Shown here in pieces: positions 51,378 through 62,161 of a stretch of 64,000 nt of DNA (the first letter of the stretch is position 1; each line of letters begins with the position of its first letter). The notes under the pieces are model-generated. The model was given only the letters and a program-made list of their open reading frames with translations. It was not told the origin of the DNA and did no database searches. A program made the translations under genes and the position numbers. Origin of the DNA: Chiloscyllium plagiosum (lineage: Eukaryota); contig NC_057718.1 of NCBI RefSeq assembly GCF_004010195.1, forward strand, positions 66,990,732 through 67,054,731, read 5' to 3'.

Positions 51378-51590
51378 GAATGACAGAGTAGGTAATTGGC
51401 CTTCTTACAGCATTGCTGGCTATTCCCCTGAACGATTGAGACACCAACGTGGGTGGCAATCTCTGACTCGACTGCCTGGGTCTGGTAGTGTGGCCTCCTT
51501 TGTCGATCCTCCTGCATTACCCCCTCAACCAAGTCCTCCAGGTCCCTGTCGGAGATTCCCAGCACCATCTTTCCCTTCTCTGTCATCTTC
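51378..51590 (-). pseudogene. Myb/SANT-like DNA-binding domain of a PIF/Harbinger element (fossil)
   Basis: MTEKGKMVLGISDRDLEDLVEGV..EDRQRRPH..SEIATHVGVSIVQGNSQQCCKKANYLLCHSR fits the MSANTD/NAIF1-type pattern (FS..E.LV..V..W..IA..V...R...QC.KK..DL), with the conserved W lost. Confidence 0.75.
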
Positions 51591-53399
51591 TGCAAAGGTC
51601 CTTGACTGAGCAGGGTAGATCCAGAATGTCAGTGCACAATGGCCTTTTAAACGTGACACGAGCACAAGAGATACCTATCTTTTGGTGGCAAGTTTGTGTC
51701 AGAACAGTATGTGATCTTATCTGCAGTTTCCTTATAAAATAGAAGACAATGTAAGAGTTTAAAAAAATATTTACCTGAACAATTATTTTTCAATATTCGG
51801 CTTCAGAAGTCACACAACTAGATATTCCCAGCTATTTCTAGTACCGGAGGTTTGAATGAAGAACTCAGCTTGAAAAGCAACCTGTAAAATTTGGACATAT
51901 TTCCCTCATAATGCCCATTAAATGTTTCGCCCTTCCTTTGAAATGAGTATTAGAACTAATTTTTAAATTATTTTAATTATTTAAGTTAACTTTCTTGTGA
52001 AATAAGTTAAATTTTAATTACAAGCGTTCAGAAGGTTCATTTTGCACGGACAATAGCAAATCTGTTTTCACTCAGCAGTTTTTGAAATCAAGGTTTCCCT
52101 AAATTTTATAATTTCAATACTTACTCAGCAACTAAATCAATAAATAAATAGTGTTGCATGAAATGGGTACCATTTTGCTAAATGAAACAATGAATTTTAA
52201 ATATCTGGAAAGACACTGATTGCAGCAATTTTTCATATATTTCATTAAATGTAATAATCATGCTCTACCACACTTGGCTACCCAATGTGACACACAAATT
52301 GGGTGAATGTGACATAACCAGATATAATAATGCATTTGAATAAAGCTGGGAAAGAAAATTAAAATCTGAAAACTGGAAATGCATATTTTTTCTTCTTCCC
52401 AAAGGGTTGAAAGAGTTCCAAGTATCCATAATCCTTTGCAATATTATTTCTCTCAAAGGTTACTCATATGCCACAGCATTGCAAAATATAATTACCCTTG
52501 CTTGTCCCCTAACTCTGTTACTTTTACTTGGAATTTTTCAGTTTGAGTTCTTTGCTTTAGTGACCTGTGATTTTATTCAAAACTTGATTGATAGTCTAAG
52601 GAAGAATTGTTGTGAATGAAATTCATCCAGGTATTCCTTGTAAAACTTCCTTCTCCTGACATCATCAGCATGCCCAGGTACTTTTACTGTCAACTATACC
52701 TGATGACTGCCAGTCAGCTGCTCACCTGAAAAGTTATGGAAAGAGGTCACAGCAGGCAAAAAGTAAACAGTTGCCAGGAAAAAGATAAGCCATTGACAAG
52801 TAGCTTTGAGGGAATGGTCTCATGGTTGGGAAGGTGTGCAGCGAAGGCTTAACATTGCAACTGTTTGGATTTACAAAGGAGTGGCACTTATCTTAAAAAT
52901 CATATTGGAGAAATTGCAAGATCTGTCAGGAGACTTGCTACTAATGTGCACCTTGACCTAGGCAAATTGAAAACAGTGACTATAGCGTTAATGTCCACAC
53001 TGCCCCAGGTTTTCAAGTGACATTCAATTTCTTCAATTTTGCATATGAGAAAATTTGCTCATCCATAAATGTTGCTAAAATCATTTATGAACCCAGACCT
53101 AGTCAATCAATATTCTATCTTCAACTTATCACCTCTCTCAATTAATCACTATTGCTCAGAAATCCGACACTGGATCAATTGCACCAGTTCAACCTCACAC
53201 AAACTACAATGGTGAGTGTTTGACAACAAAGACATCCATAAGTCCCAGTGCCAGAGATAGAACACATTTCAAAATCTAAACCCAAACTTTTCAATGGATT
53301 TTTTACTGTAGTTAAATGTTAAAAAGTAGCAAAAGTAGCTAAGCATTCTTACTAACCCCTATTTGATAGCTCAGAAATTTGTATTAGCATTTGAACTAG

Positions 53400-54040
53400 T
53401 ATGCTCTCCTTTATTGGTCAGAGCATTGAGTACAGGAGCTGGAAGTTCATGTTACAGCTGCACAAGACATTGGTCAGACCACTTTTGGAATATTGCATGC
53501 AATTCTGGTCTCTTTCCGATCGGAAGGATATTGTGAAACTTGAAAGGGTTCAGAAAAGATTTACAAGGACGTTGCCAGAGTTGGATGGTTTGAGCTGTAG
53601 GGAGAGGCTGAATAGGCTGGGGCTGTTTTCTCTGGAGCGTTGGAGGCTGAGGGGTGATCTTATATAGAGGTTTATAAAATCATGAGGGGCATGGATAGGA
53701 TAAATAGACAAAGTCTTTTCCCTGGGGTAGGGGAGTTCAGAACTAGAGGGCATAGGTTCAGGGTGAGAGGAGAAAGATATAAAAGAGACCAAAGAGGCAA
53801 CTTTTTCAAGCAGAAGATAGTGCGCGTGTATGGAAAGAACTGCCAGAGGAAGTGGTGGAGGCTGGTACAATTACAGCATTTAAAAGGCATCTGGAAGGGT
53901 ATATGAATAGGAAGGGTTTGGAGGGATATGGGCCAAGTGCTGGCAAATGGGACTAGATTAGGTTAGGATATCTTGTCAGCATGGACGAGTTGGACCAAAG
54001 GGTCTGTTTCTGTGTTGTACGTCTCTATGACACTATGACT
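53400..54040 (+). mobile_element. CR1 3' fragment
   Basis: MLSFIGQSIEYRSW..ERVQKRFTR; tail ctctatgacactatgac. Confidence 0.92.
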
Positions 54041-55289
54041 GACATCAGGAAGTGTTGCAACAGCAAGGTATTCTAAGCTATTATAATTGCGTAAAGAAGA
54101 AGCACATCACATGCTATGGTAGAGTTGTGAAAAATAAGAAGATCTGATTTCTGGCCTAAGGTGGGCAAGCTTGGTCTGAATGTTCATCTAGGTGGCACTT
54201 TAGTGTCTTTGCTCAGAAATGAATTACCAGTGTCTTACTTGTGATTGCCTTCAACTGAATGAGTACATGTGGATGTCAGAGCTGAGCTTTGTATCAGTGT
54301 ATCCATTGTTAGGTGCTGCTATACATTTTAAAGTTTTGAGGTGTAAAACTGAAGTCTTAATTTGATGCAATTAAATTCTCTGTCATGCTGACTTAACAAA
54401 GTACAAACAACCAATATTTATGAATCAAGTAGAATTTATTAAGCAAGATTTCACAAATATTTAATAAAAAAAAGTGGTGAAGGTAACACATGGATGTTAG
54501 TTAAACCTCAAAGCCCAGGATCCTTTGAATGTTGGACGATCAACCATGATCGTGATGAATGACGGAATAGGCTCGAAGGGCTGAATGGCCTCCTCCTGCT
54601 CCCATCTTCAATGTTTCTATATTTCTATGTTGTCAGCCATTGGATATCTTCCTTTATCTCTGTAGAGATGTTAATGTTGAAGTATGTCTCGAATATATAG
54701 TAAATTGTTCCAATAAAGACTCTTGTTGGAGAGGCAGAAAATGCATTCCAGCCACTGAGGTGCTCATTTCCCTCTAAAAGCTTCCAAGGTGCTGTTAGAT
54801 GTATTCCTTCTCCAAGGACATTCAGGCCAGAATGTAACTGTAGAAGGGAAATAGCTCTTTTCTTTAAACTAACCCCACCACCAATTAAACTAAACACCCA
54901 ACTAACAAATTACAGCCAACACTGGGACAGTATAACAATAACAAAAAAGCAAAAAGGTAGGGAAACAAGGGAGGGAACTAAATCTAAATAACAGTTGAGG
55001 GGTCAGTAATGCGTTCTAATACCCGCAGAACCTACCTGTCTCTCAAAGTTGCAAGGGTGCTGGTAGGCATGATAAATTCCCATTCCAAAGATACCTGTGC
55101 ACGGATGTAGCCACAGACATGAGTAGGAATCCAGCCTTTTCTTTTAATCAAGGGTAATATTTCTCATTTCTTGTAAATGTTTTAATCATACTATTCAGAC
55201 ATGTTATTGTGGCTGGTGGGACATGAGCTTGGGCCTCCTGACTCAGAGAGTACACCACAAGAATCCAGTCTCGTATTTTGCATCAACTT

Positions 55290-55560
55290 AGGACAGCATG
55301 GTGGTTCATTGGTTAGCACTGCTGCCTCACAACGCCGGGGACCAGGTTTGATTCCACCCTCGGGGACCTATCTGTGTATAGTTTGCATATTCTCCCTGTG
55401 TCTGTGTGGATTTCCTCCGAATTTCCTCCCACAGTCCAAAGATTTGCAGGTTTAGTGGATTGGTCATGCTAAATTGTCCAGGCTAGGTAGATTAACTATG
55501 GGAAATGCAGGGTTACAGGGATAGGGTAGGGAGGTTAGCTCTGGGTGGGAGGCTCTTCAG
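55290..55560 (+). mobile_element. HE1-type SINE (older)
   Basis: ggacagcatggtggttcattggttagcactgctgcctcac...ttggtcatgctaaattg. Confidence 0.85.
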
Positions 55561-55561
55561 A

Positions 55562-56240
55562 ACTCACCCACCTGGACAAAAGGACACCTATGTCAGATTA
55601 CTGTTCATACACTTCAATTTTGCGTTTAACACTTATCGCAAACAAAGCCCACCTAGCTGGATGGCAGTGTCTGGAACTCTGTCACTAAGTCATGTTTCCA
55701 CGAAAACGAGGACATAGCAGTCTCTGAACTCATACTGAGAAACCTGCTGCAGTCGGATGCAGTCCAACTTATTGTCCAGGGAGTAGACATTGGAGGGCAG
55801 AATGGACGGAAGAGCTGGCTGGCTAGGTTTTGTTTTTAGCCTAGCATGAACTTCTGCCCACTTATCATGTTTCTGTCTCCTTGCACATTGCTTCATGGTG
55901 GGATGGGTTGTTGTTGATGTTGGCAGCCTTTCCATGGCAACAAGCCATATAAGTGGAGTCCATGGATGGAAGGTTGGTTTCATGATTGTCTGGGCTGGGC
56001 ACACAGCTTTCAATAGTTTCGTATGGTCCTGGGCACATTAGTTGCCATACCAGGCTGTTATGCACCTGGACAGTATGCTTTCAATGGTGCATCTGTAAAG
56101 GTTGGTGAGGGTCCTATGGGCATGCCAAATTTCCTGAGCTGCCGGAGGAAGAAGAGGCATTATTATGTCTTCTTGACTGTTGTATCTATGTGGAAAGTCT
56201 AGGACAGGTTGATGGCAATCATCACTCCTAGGAACCTCAG
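55562..56240. mobile_element. Rex1/Babar LINE fragments in mixed orientation
   Basis: Plus 55562-55635 HLDK/KDTYVRLLFIHFNFAFNT (RT); minus [30 protein letters not shown] (endonuclease N-term); minus LTNLYRCTIESILSRCITAWYGN (C-term). Confidence 0.85.
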
Positions 56241-56449
56241 TTAATTCCAGCAATAATGATATTTATACCATTCCAGCTTATCACTATTGCATTAAAAGTA
56301 CAACCTCTGGGAGTTCAATATGAAAGTACTGGATCTCCTCATTTATATATAGTTTCAGTACCTTTCTGAAGAATTGCCAGGTGTCCTGGAAGAAAGCTGC
56401 AGGCTCAATCTGAAGATTGGATTTAAATTGGATTTGAAATCATGTGACA

Positions 56450-57750
56450 TTGACACCAGTACTGGAGGAGAACGGATCTGTTTCAATGGGACAGTCTTCA
56501 TCTGAACTGTGCTGGAACCAGAGTGCTAGCGAATTGCATAACTAGAGCTGTAGACAGGGCTTTAAACTAAATGGGAGGTGGGAGTCGGGGGGGAGTTGGG
56601 GAGGATATGGGAGGGAGGTCCCTTATAGGGGAAATTAGAAAACCCAAATTAAAGCAGAAGGTAAGAATGCAGAACTCAGAAGACTTTATTAAACTCTCCA
56701 GCACAAACACAAATAGGACAGAGTGTATGGAAAGGGTTAGCAATCAAACTTCAAGTACACTGGACAAACAAATGACAATGTGAAGAGGGACAGTTAATAC
56801 AGGACTGAAGGTGTTATATCTGGAAGCAAGCAGTATACTGGAATAAGGTAAATTAGTTTGTGGCACAGATTGAAATTGGCCAGTATGACATAGTGGGCAT
56901 CACTGGGACGTGGCTGTAAGAAGATCAGATTTGGGAGCTGAATATTCAATTGACTGAATAGGTGGGCAGAGGGGGTGAGGTTGCCTTATTAGTAAGAAAT
57001 TAAATTAAATCAATAGTAAGAAATAAAGTAGGTCGGATGATGTAGAATCTGTGGGTAGAATTGAGGAACCGCAAAGGTGAAAAACCATGTTGGAGTTATA
57101 TACAAGTCTCCAAACAGTAGTCAAGAGCAAGGGCACAAGATGCACCATGAGATAGAAAGATGTGTAGGAAAGGCAAAGTTACAGTGACCATGGGGGATTT
57201 CAATATGCAGGTGGACTGGGAAAATCAGGTTGGTAGTGGATCGCAACAAAAGGGATTTATGGAATGTCTACGAGATGGCTTTTTGGAGCAGCTTGTAGCA
57301 GGAACAGGCAAGACTGGATTTAGTGCTGTGCAATGAGGCAGACTTGATAAGGGAGCTTAAGGTGAAGGATTCTTTGGAGGCAGTGATCATAATATTCTTG
57401 AATTTACTCTGCAATTTGAGAGGGAGAAGATAGAATCAGAGGTAACCGCATTACAGCAGAGAAAAGGCAAGTACAGCGGCATGAGGGAGGAGCTGGGTAG
57501 AATTGAGTGGGAGATGAGCCTAGCGGGAAAGACAGTGGAACAGCAATGGCAGGAGTTTCTGGCAGTAATTCAGGAGACACAGCAGAAATTCATCCCAAGG
57601 AAAAAGAAGCATGACACAGGGAGGATGAGGCAACCATGGCTGACTAAAGAAATCAGGGACAGCATAAAAGCAAAAGAGAAAATATATAATATGGTGAAGG
57701 GCAGTGGGAAACCACAGGATTAGGAAGCTTACAAAGACCAACAGAGGGCA
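56450..57750 (+). mobile_element. CR1 ORF1 end + ORF2 endonuclease, 3'-truncated
   Basis: DSLHLN, YDIVGITGTWL, MGDFN, SDHN, WQEFL..QQKFIPRKKK..QPWLT. Confidence 0.85.
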
Positions 57751-57751
57751 A

Positions 57752-59220
57752 CCATGGTTGCCTCATTCTCTGCTGAGTATGTTTCCTCTTCCTTGGGATG
57801 AATTTCTGAAATGCCTCCCATATTACCCCCAAAAACTCCTGCCATTGCTGCTCTACCATCTTCCTTGCTAGGCTTCCCTTCCAATTAATTCTGGTCTGGC
57901 CCTCCCTCATATCGTTGTAGTTACTTTTACTCAATCGTATTAGCGTTGCATTAGATTCCAGCTTTTCCCTCTGAAACTGTTGGGTGAATTATCATATTAT
58001 GGTCAGTGCCCACTGATGTATATCCTTGGATATTTACTTCCCAGCATTGGTACACTTGAAGCCACATCTGTGATATCCACAGCATTGCATCGATCATTCT
58101 GCTATAATACTCATTTCGTTAATGCGAATTCGCTGTAACGTGATTGGTGAATTGGGGGCACTGTTTTGAAAGTGTGAACTTTTAAAACGTGTGTTGGCTG
58201 TAATGTGATTACATCACCAACACTTCAAACACTGTTTCTAAAGTGTGAATTTTCTACAATGCAGGGTTGCATAAGAAAGCAACCGTTGTGTTACCTGACA
58301 ATTTCAATCTGCAATACAAGTACATTTACCTTGTTTTGTATACTATGTGTGTTTAAATACAATGCCCTCAAACCTGCATTGATTGCCCTTTCCCATGGTT
58401 GTACCCTTATCTGCTGTGTTTGTTGACCCTTTCCGTACTCTTTGTCCTGTTACTTGCTCTTGAAATTTGGATAACCTCTATTTAGCCCTCCCTCCACTTT
58501 AACTTTTTCCATAATGTTCCATGCAACTGAACCCCTTTCCCCCAAATATTTAATTTAAAGCCCAATCCACAGCCCAGTTTAGGAAATTTACCAGGACTTT
58601 GATCCCAGCATGATTCAGGTGGAGTCTGTCCCATCAGAACAACTTCCTCCATCCCCAATACTGATGCCAATGTTCCATGAATTCAAACCTGTTTCTCCTA
58701 CACCAATCATGGAGTTATATGCTTACCTCTTTAATCATGTTAATCCTGTGCCAATTTGCTCATGGCTCAGGTAGTAATCCAAAGAACTTTTTTGGTTCTG
58801 CTTTTTAATTTAGCCCCTAGCTGCTCACATTCCCTCCGCAGAACCTCTTTCCTCTCTCAATGTATATTGCTGGCACCTATCTGGACCACAACAATTGAAT
58901 CTTTCCCATCCGACTCCAAGTTCCTCTGCAACCCTGAATGCAGAACCCAAACATCCTTTGGGACTCCAGAGAACAGTCTATATTCCCCCGACCATACTAT
59001 CCCTAATTACAACTATTATTCTGATTACTCCCCCCTCTTGAATGTCTCCCTGTACCACAATGCTATGGTCAGTTTGCTCATCCTCCCTATAGGCCCTGCT
59101 CTCAACTGCACAGAGAGCAACAACCTCAAACCTGCTAGACCAGCTCCAGACTGAGGGTCCTTCAGCACTGCCTTCCAGATCCCTCAACTGCCTCACTGGC
59201 CATCACACCCTCTTGTACCT
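57752..59220 (-). mobile_element. CR1 of the same family in opposite orientation, 3'-truncated
   Basis: Minus strand EQQWQEFLGVIWEAFQKFIPRKRKHTQQRMRQPW and ORF1 IVVIRDSMVGG. Confidence 0.85.
58092..58292. mobile_element. Tigger-like MITE related to 25169-25386 (opposite orientation)
   Basis: gatcattctgctataatac...gcgaattcgctgtaacgtgattggtgaattggg...cactgtttctaaagtgtgaa. Confidence 0.65.
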
Positions 59221-59229
59221 GAACACTGA

Positions 59230-59300
59230 TTCCTGAAGAAGGGCTTATGTTCCCTGGATGCTGCCTGACCTGCTGCGCTGTTCCAGCAACACATTTTCAG
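59230..59300 (+). mobile_element. Internally deleted family-B PLE mini-insert
   Basis: ttcctgaagaagggcttatg|ttccctggatgctgcctgacctgctgcgctgttccagc; cactga on both sides (59224-59229, 59301-59306). Confidence 0.7.
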
Positions 59301-59434
59301 CACTGACCATAATGTATGCTTTCTTGCACTTTGCTTCATGGTAGTATTCATTAATTTTTGCTATAAATTATAGCATTGTCAGCATAGTGGATATTGTTGA
59401 TTATTTTCACTTTTACATTTCTAGCATCTCCCTC

Positions 59435-60400
59435 TTCAGTTCCTCTTAGAATGCAAAAATTGTGAAGGGAGGAACATATGTTGAGAGATCATAGCTTTAC
59501 CTGACCCGTCTTTTAATTGCTTTCTAATCACTGAGTTTATTCTCGTATTTGATTCCTGAAGAATCAAAGATCTTTCCCATTGATGTTAATGTCTTCCTGC
59601 ATTTTCATGAAATGATTTTATGAGGATTAATGCAGATTACATTCAGTCAAAAGAGGCACAAAAAGACTTGAAAAGACTAATTGAGGAAGCGGTACTAATA
59701 CATTTAATTTGTTACGACATATAGAAAATTGGTAGATTTAGTTAACTTTTGAGAAAACTATTACTCTCCACGCAGGGTACTGACCATTCAAGGTGGAATC
59801 AGTAATATAATGACATGAATTAATTGTTTAAGCATTGTGCAATAGTAGGGTCTGGACAGAACAAGTCTCTTCTGTTACAATGCATGCCTTACAGTGTTTT
59901 ATGTTAGAAATATAACAAAACCTTTAAAAGATTACTATACTTTCTCCCTTTTTTCTAAATAAAAACTTTTCCCCCTCAAATAGATAAATCGTTAACCATA
60001 TGCAAGTCAACAACAATAATAGTAAATAAATATACATGCTACTAAACTGCAACAGAAACATGTAGACTGATTAGATTCAATAACATAAAAATTAGATTCA
60101 ATAACATTCAGTTCCTCTTAGAATGCAAAAATTGTGAAGGGAGGAACGTATGTTGAGAGATCATAGCTTTACCTGACCCGTCTTTTAATTGCTTTCTAAT
60201 CACTGAGTTTATTCTCGTATTTGATTCCTGAAGAATCAAAGATCTTTCCCATTGATGTTAATGTCTTCCTGCATTTTCATGAAATGATTTTATGAGGATT
60301 AATGCAGATTACATTCAGTCAAAAGAGGCACAAAAAGACTTGAAAAGACTAATTGAGGAAGCGGTACTAATACATTTAATTTGTTACGACATATAGAAAA
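59435..60400. repeat. 294-bp near-identical direct duplication (59435-59728 and 60107-60400)
   Basis: Copies match by eye except aacatatg/aacgtatg; 378-bp spacer; a 17-bp tandem attagattcaataacat (60070-60086, 60091-60107) lies at the junction. Confidence 0.95.
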
Positions 60401-61308
60401 ATGGTTCAACCAGTTGATCTGATTTAGAAACAGGATAACAGTTCCTGGGAGCTGAAACAGATCTGCATGAATTCCTCACTGTGGAAGTATAATGTTTTGT
60501 TTCTATGAGAAATCTGGTTACTGTGACTGTGACTGTCGTAGTGTGCTGTACATTGATTTTATCTCTTTGGCACCTTCTGACATTCCAGTTCCTTTTCTTC
60601 AAGCTGACTTTCTAAATGCCTCAAGCATTCTTGTTTCGTGCCATGCCCCTTGCACTTTGCTAAGCATGGTGATCATTCTTGCACTTCTACTACAAATCAA
60701 AAGCATAACCATTTGATGAGATAGAAAAAGTTGGGTTGATAATGACCATAGCAGAGAGTCATAGAGCCATACAGCATGGAAACAAACCCTTCAGTCCAAC
60801 CAGTCCATCCCGAACATAATCGCAAACTATACTAGTCCCATCTGCCTGCTCCTGGCTTATAACCCTCCAAATCTTTCCTATTCATGTATCTATCCAAATG
60901 TTTTTCAAACATTACATCCACCACCTTCTCAGAACATTCATTCCACATGTGAACAACCCTCTGTGTAAAAAACCTAACTGTTATGTCTTTTTAAAATCTC
61001 TCTCCTCTCATCTTAAAAATGTGCCCCCTAGTCTTGAAGCTCCCCCCATCCTAGGGAAATGACAATTGCCATTAACTCTATCTATACCTCTCATTATTTT
61101 ATAAACTTCTTTCAGATCATCTCTCAACATCCTCCGGTTCCAGTGAAAAAATTCCCAGCCTATCCAGCCTTTCTTTATAACTCAAGCCCTCCATACCCAG
61201 CACCATCCTGGTAAATCTCTTCTGCACCCTCTCCAGCTTGATATTATCTTTCCTATAACTGGACAACCAGAACTGGACATAGTTTTCCAGAAGAGGCCTC
61301 AGCAATGT

Positions 61309-61637
61309 GGGCGGCACGGTGGCACAGTGGTTAGCACTGCTGCCTCACAGCGCCTGAGACCCCGGTTCAATTCCCGCCTCAGGCGACTGACTGTGTGGAG
61401 TTTGCACGTTCTCCCCGTGTCTGCGTGGGTTTCCTCCGGGTGCTCCGGTTTCCTCCCACAGTCCAAAAAGATATGCAGGATCAGGTGAATTGGCCATGCT
61501 AAATTGCCCGTAGTGTTAGGTAAGGGGTAAATGTAGGGGTATGGGTGGGTTTCGCTTCGGCGGGTCGGTGTGGACTTGTTGGGCCGAAGGGCCTGTTTCT
61601 ACACTGTAATGTAATCTAATCTAATCTAATCTAATCT
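61309..61637 (+). mobile_element. Full-length young HE1 SINE with TSD
   Basis: gggcggcacggtggcacagtggttagcactgctgcctcacagcg... (aatct)n tail; aatgt at 61304-61308 and 61638-61642. Confidence 0.95.
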
Positions 61638-62116
61638 AATGTCCTGTACAACCTCAGCATGACTTTCCAACTCCTATATTCAGAGAACTGAGCAATGAAG
61701 GCAAGCATGCCTGTTTTTATGTGATGCAAACACCAAAGAATTATGTACCTCCACTCCAAGGTCCCTCTGAATGACAACACATCCCAAGGCCCTACCATTA
61801 ACTGTATAAGGCCTACCCTTGTTTGTTGTATCAAAATGGAATTTCCTGCATTTATCCAGATTGAACTCCATCTGCCATTTTCAGCCAATTTATCAGTTTG
61901 ATCGAGATCCCTTTGTAATCTTAGAAAATCTTTTTCACTGTCTATAATGCCATCAATTTTGATGATGTCCACAAACTTACTAACCATGCCTTTTAGTGAA
62001 GCGATCCCTGTGGAACATCACTGGTGACAGACTTCCAGACTGAGAAGCAACTCTCCACCATTACTCTCTGTCTCCTGCCATTAAGTGTATCCAATTGGCA
62101 AGCTCACCCTGAATCT

Positions 62117-62161
62117 TTCAGTTTCAACTTTGATCTCCAGCATCTGCAGACCTCACTTTCT
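62117..62161 (+). mobile_element. 45-bp family-B PLE terminal fragment with 9-bp TSD
   Basis: caactttgatctccagcatctgcagacctcactttct flanked by cctgaatct at 62108-62116 and 62162-62170. Confidence 0.75.

Noticed and set aside
51305..51595. Domesticated host gene (NAIF1/MSANTD)
   Set aside because: The domain has internal deletions and lacks the conserved Trp; better explained as a transposon fossil, so no gene symbol is assigned.
51775..51881. Minus-strand exon-like segment (ttttacag|GTTGCT...GTTCAG|gtaaat)
   Set aside because: Stop codons in all three frames; more likely Harbinger subterminal sequence.
54860..55130. Possible L1/Tx1 3' UTR remnant on the minus strand
   Set aside because: No coding motif visible; the resemblance is from memory only and too weak to list as a feature.
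61309..61385. tRNA gene (also the heads at 38117, 34185, 30100, 2640 and 55290)
   Set aside because: These are tRNA-derived heads of HE1 SINEs, continuous with SINE bodies and tails.
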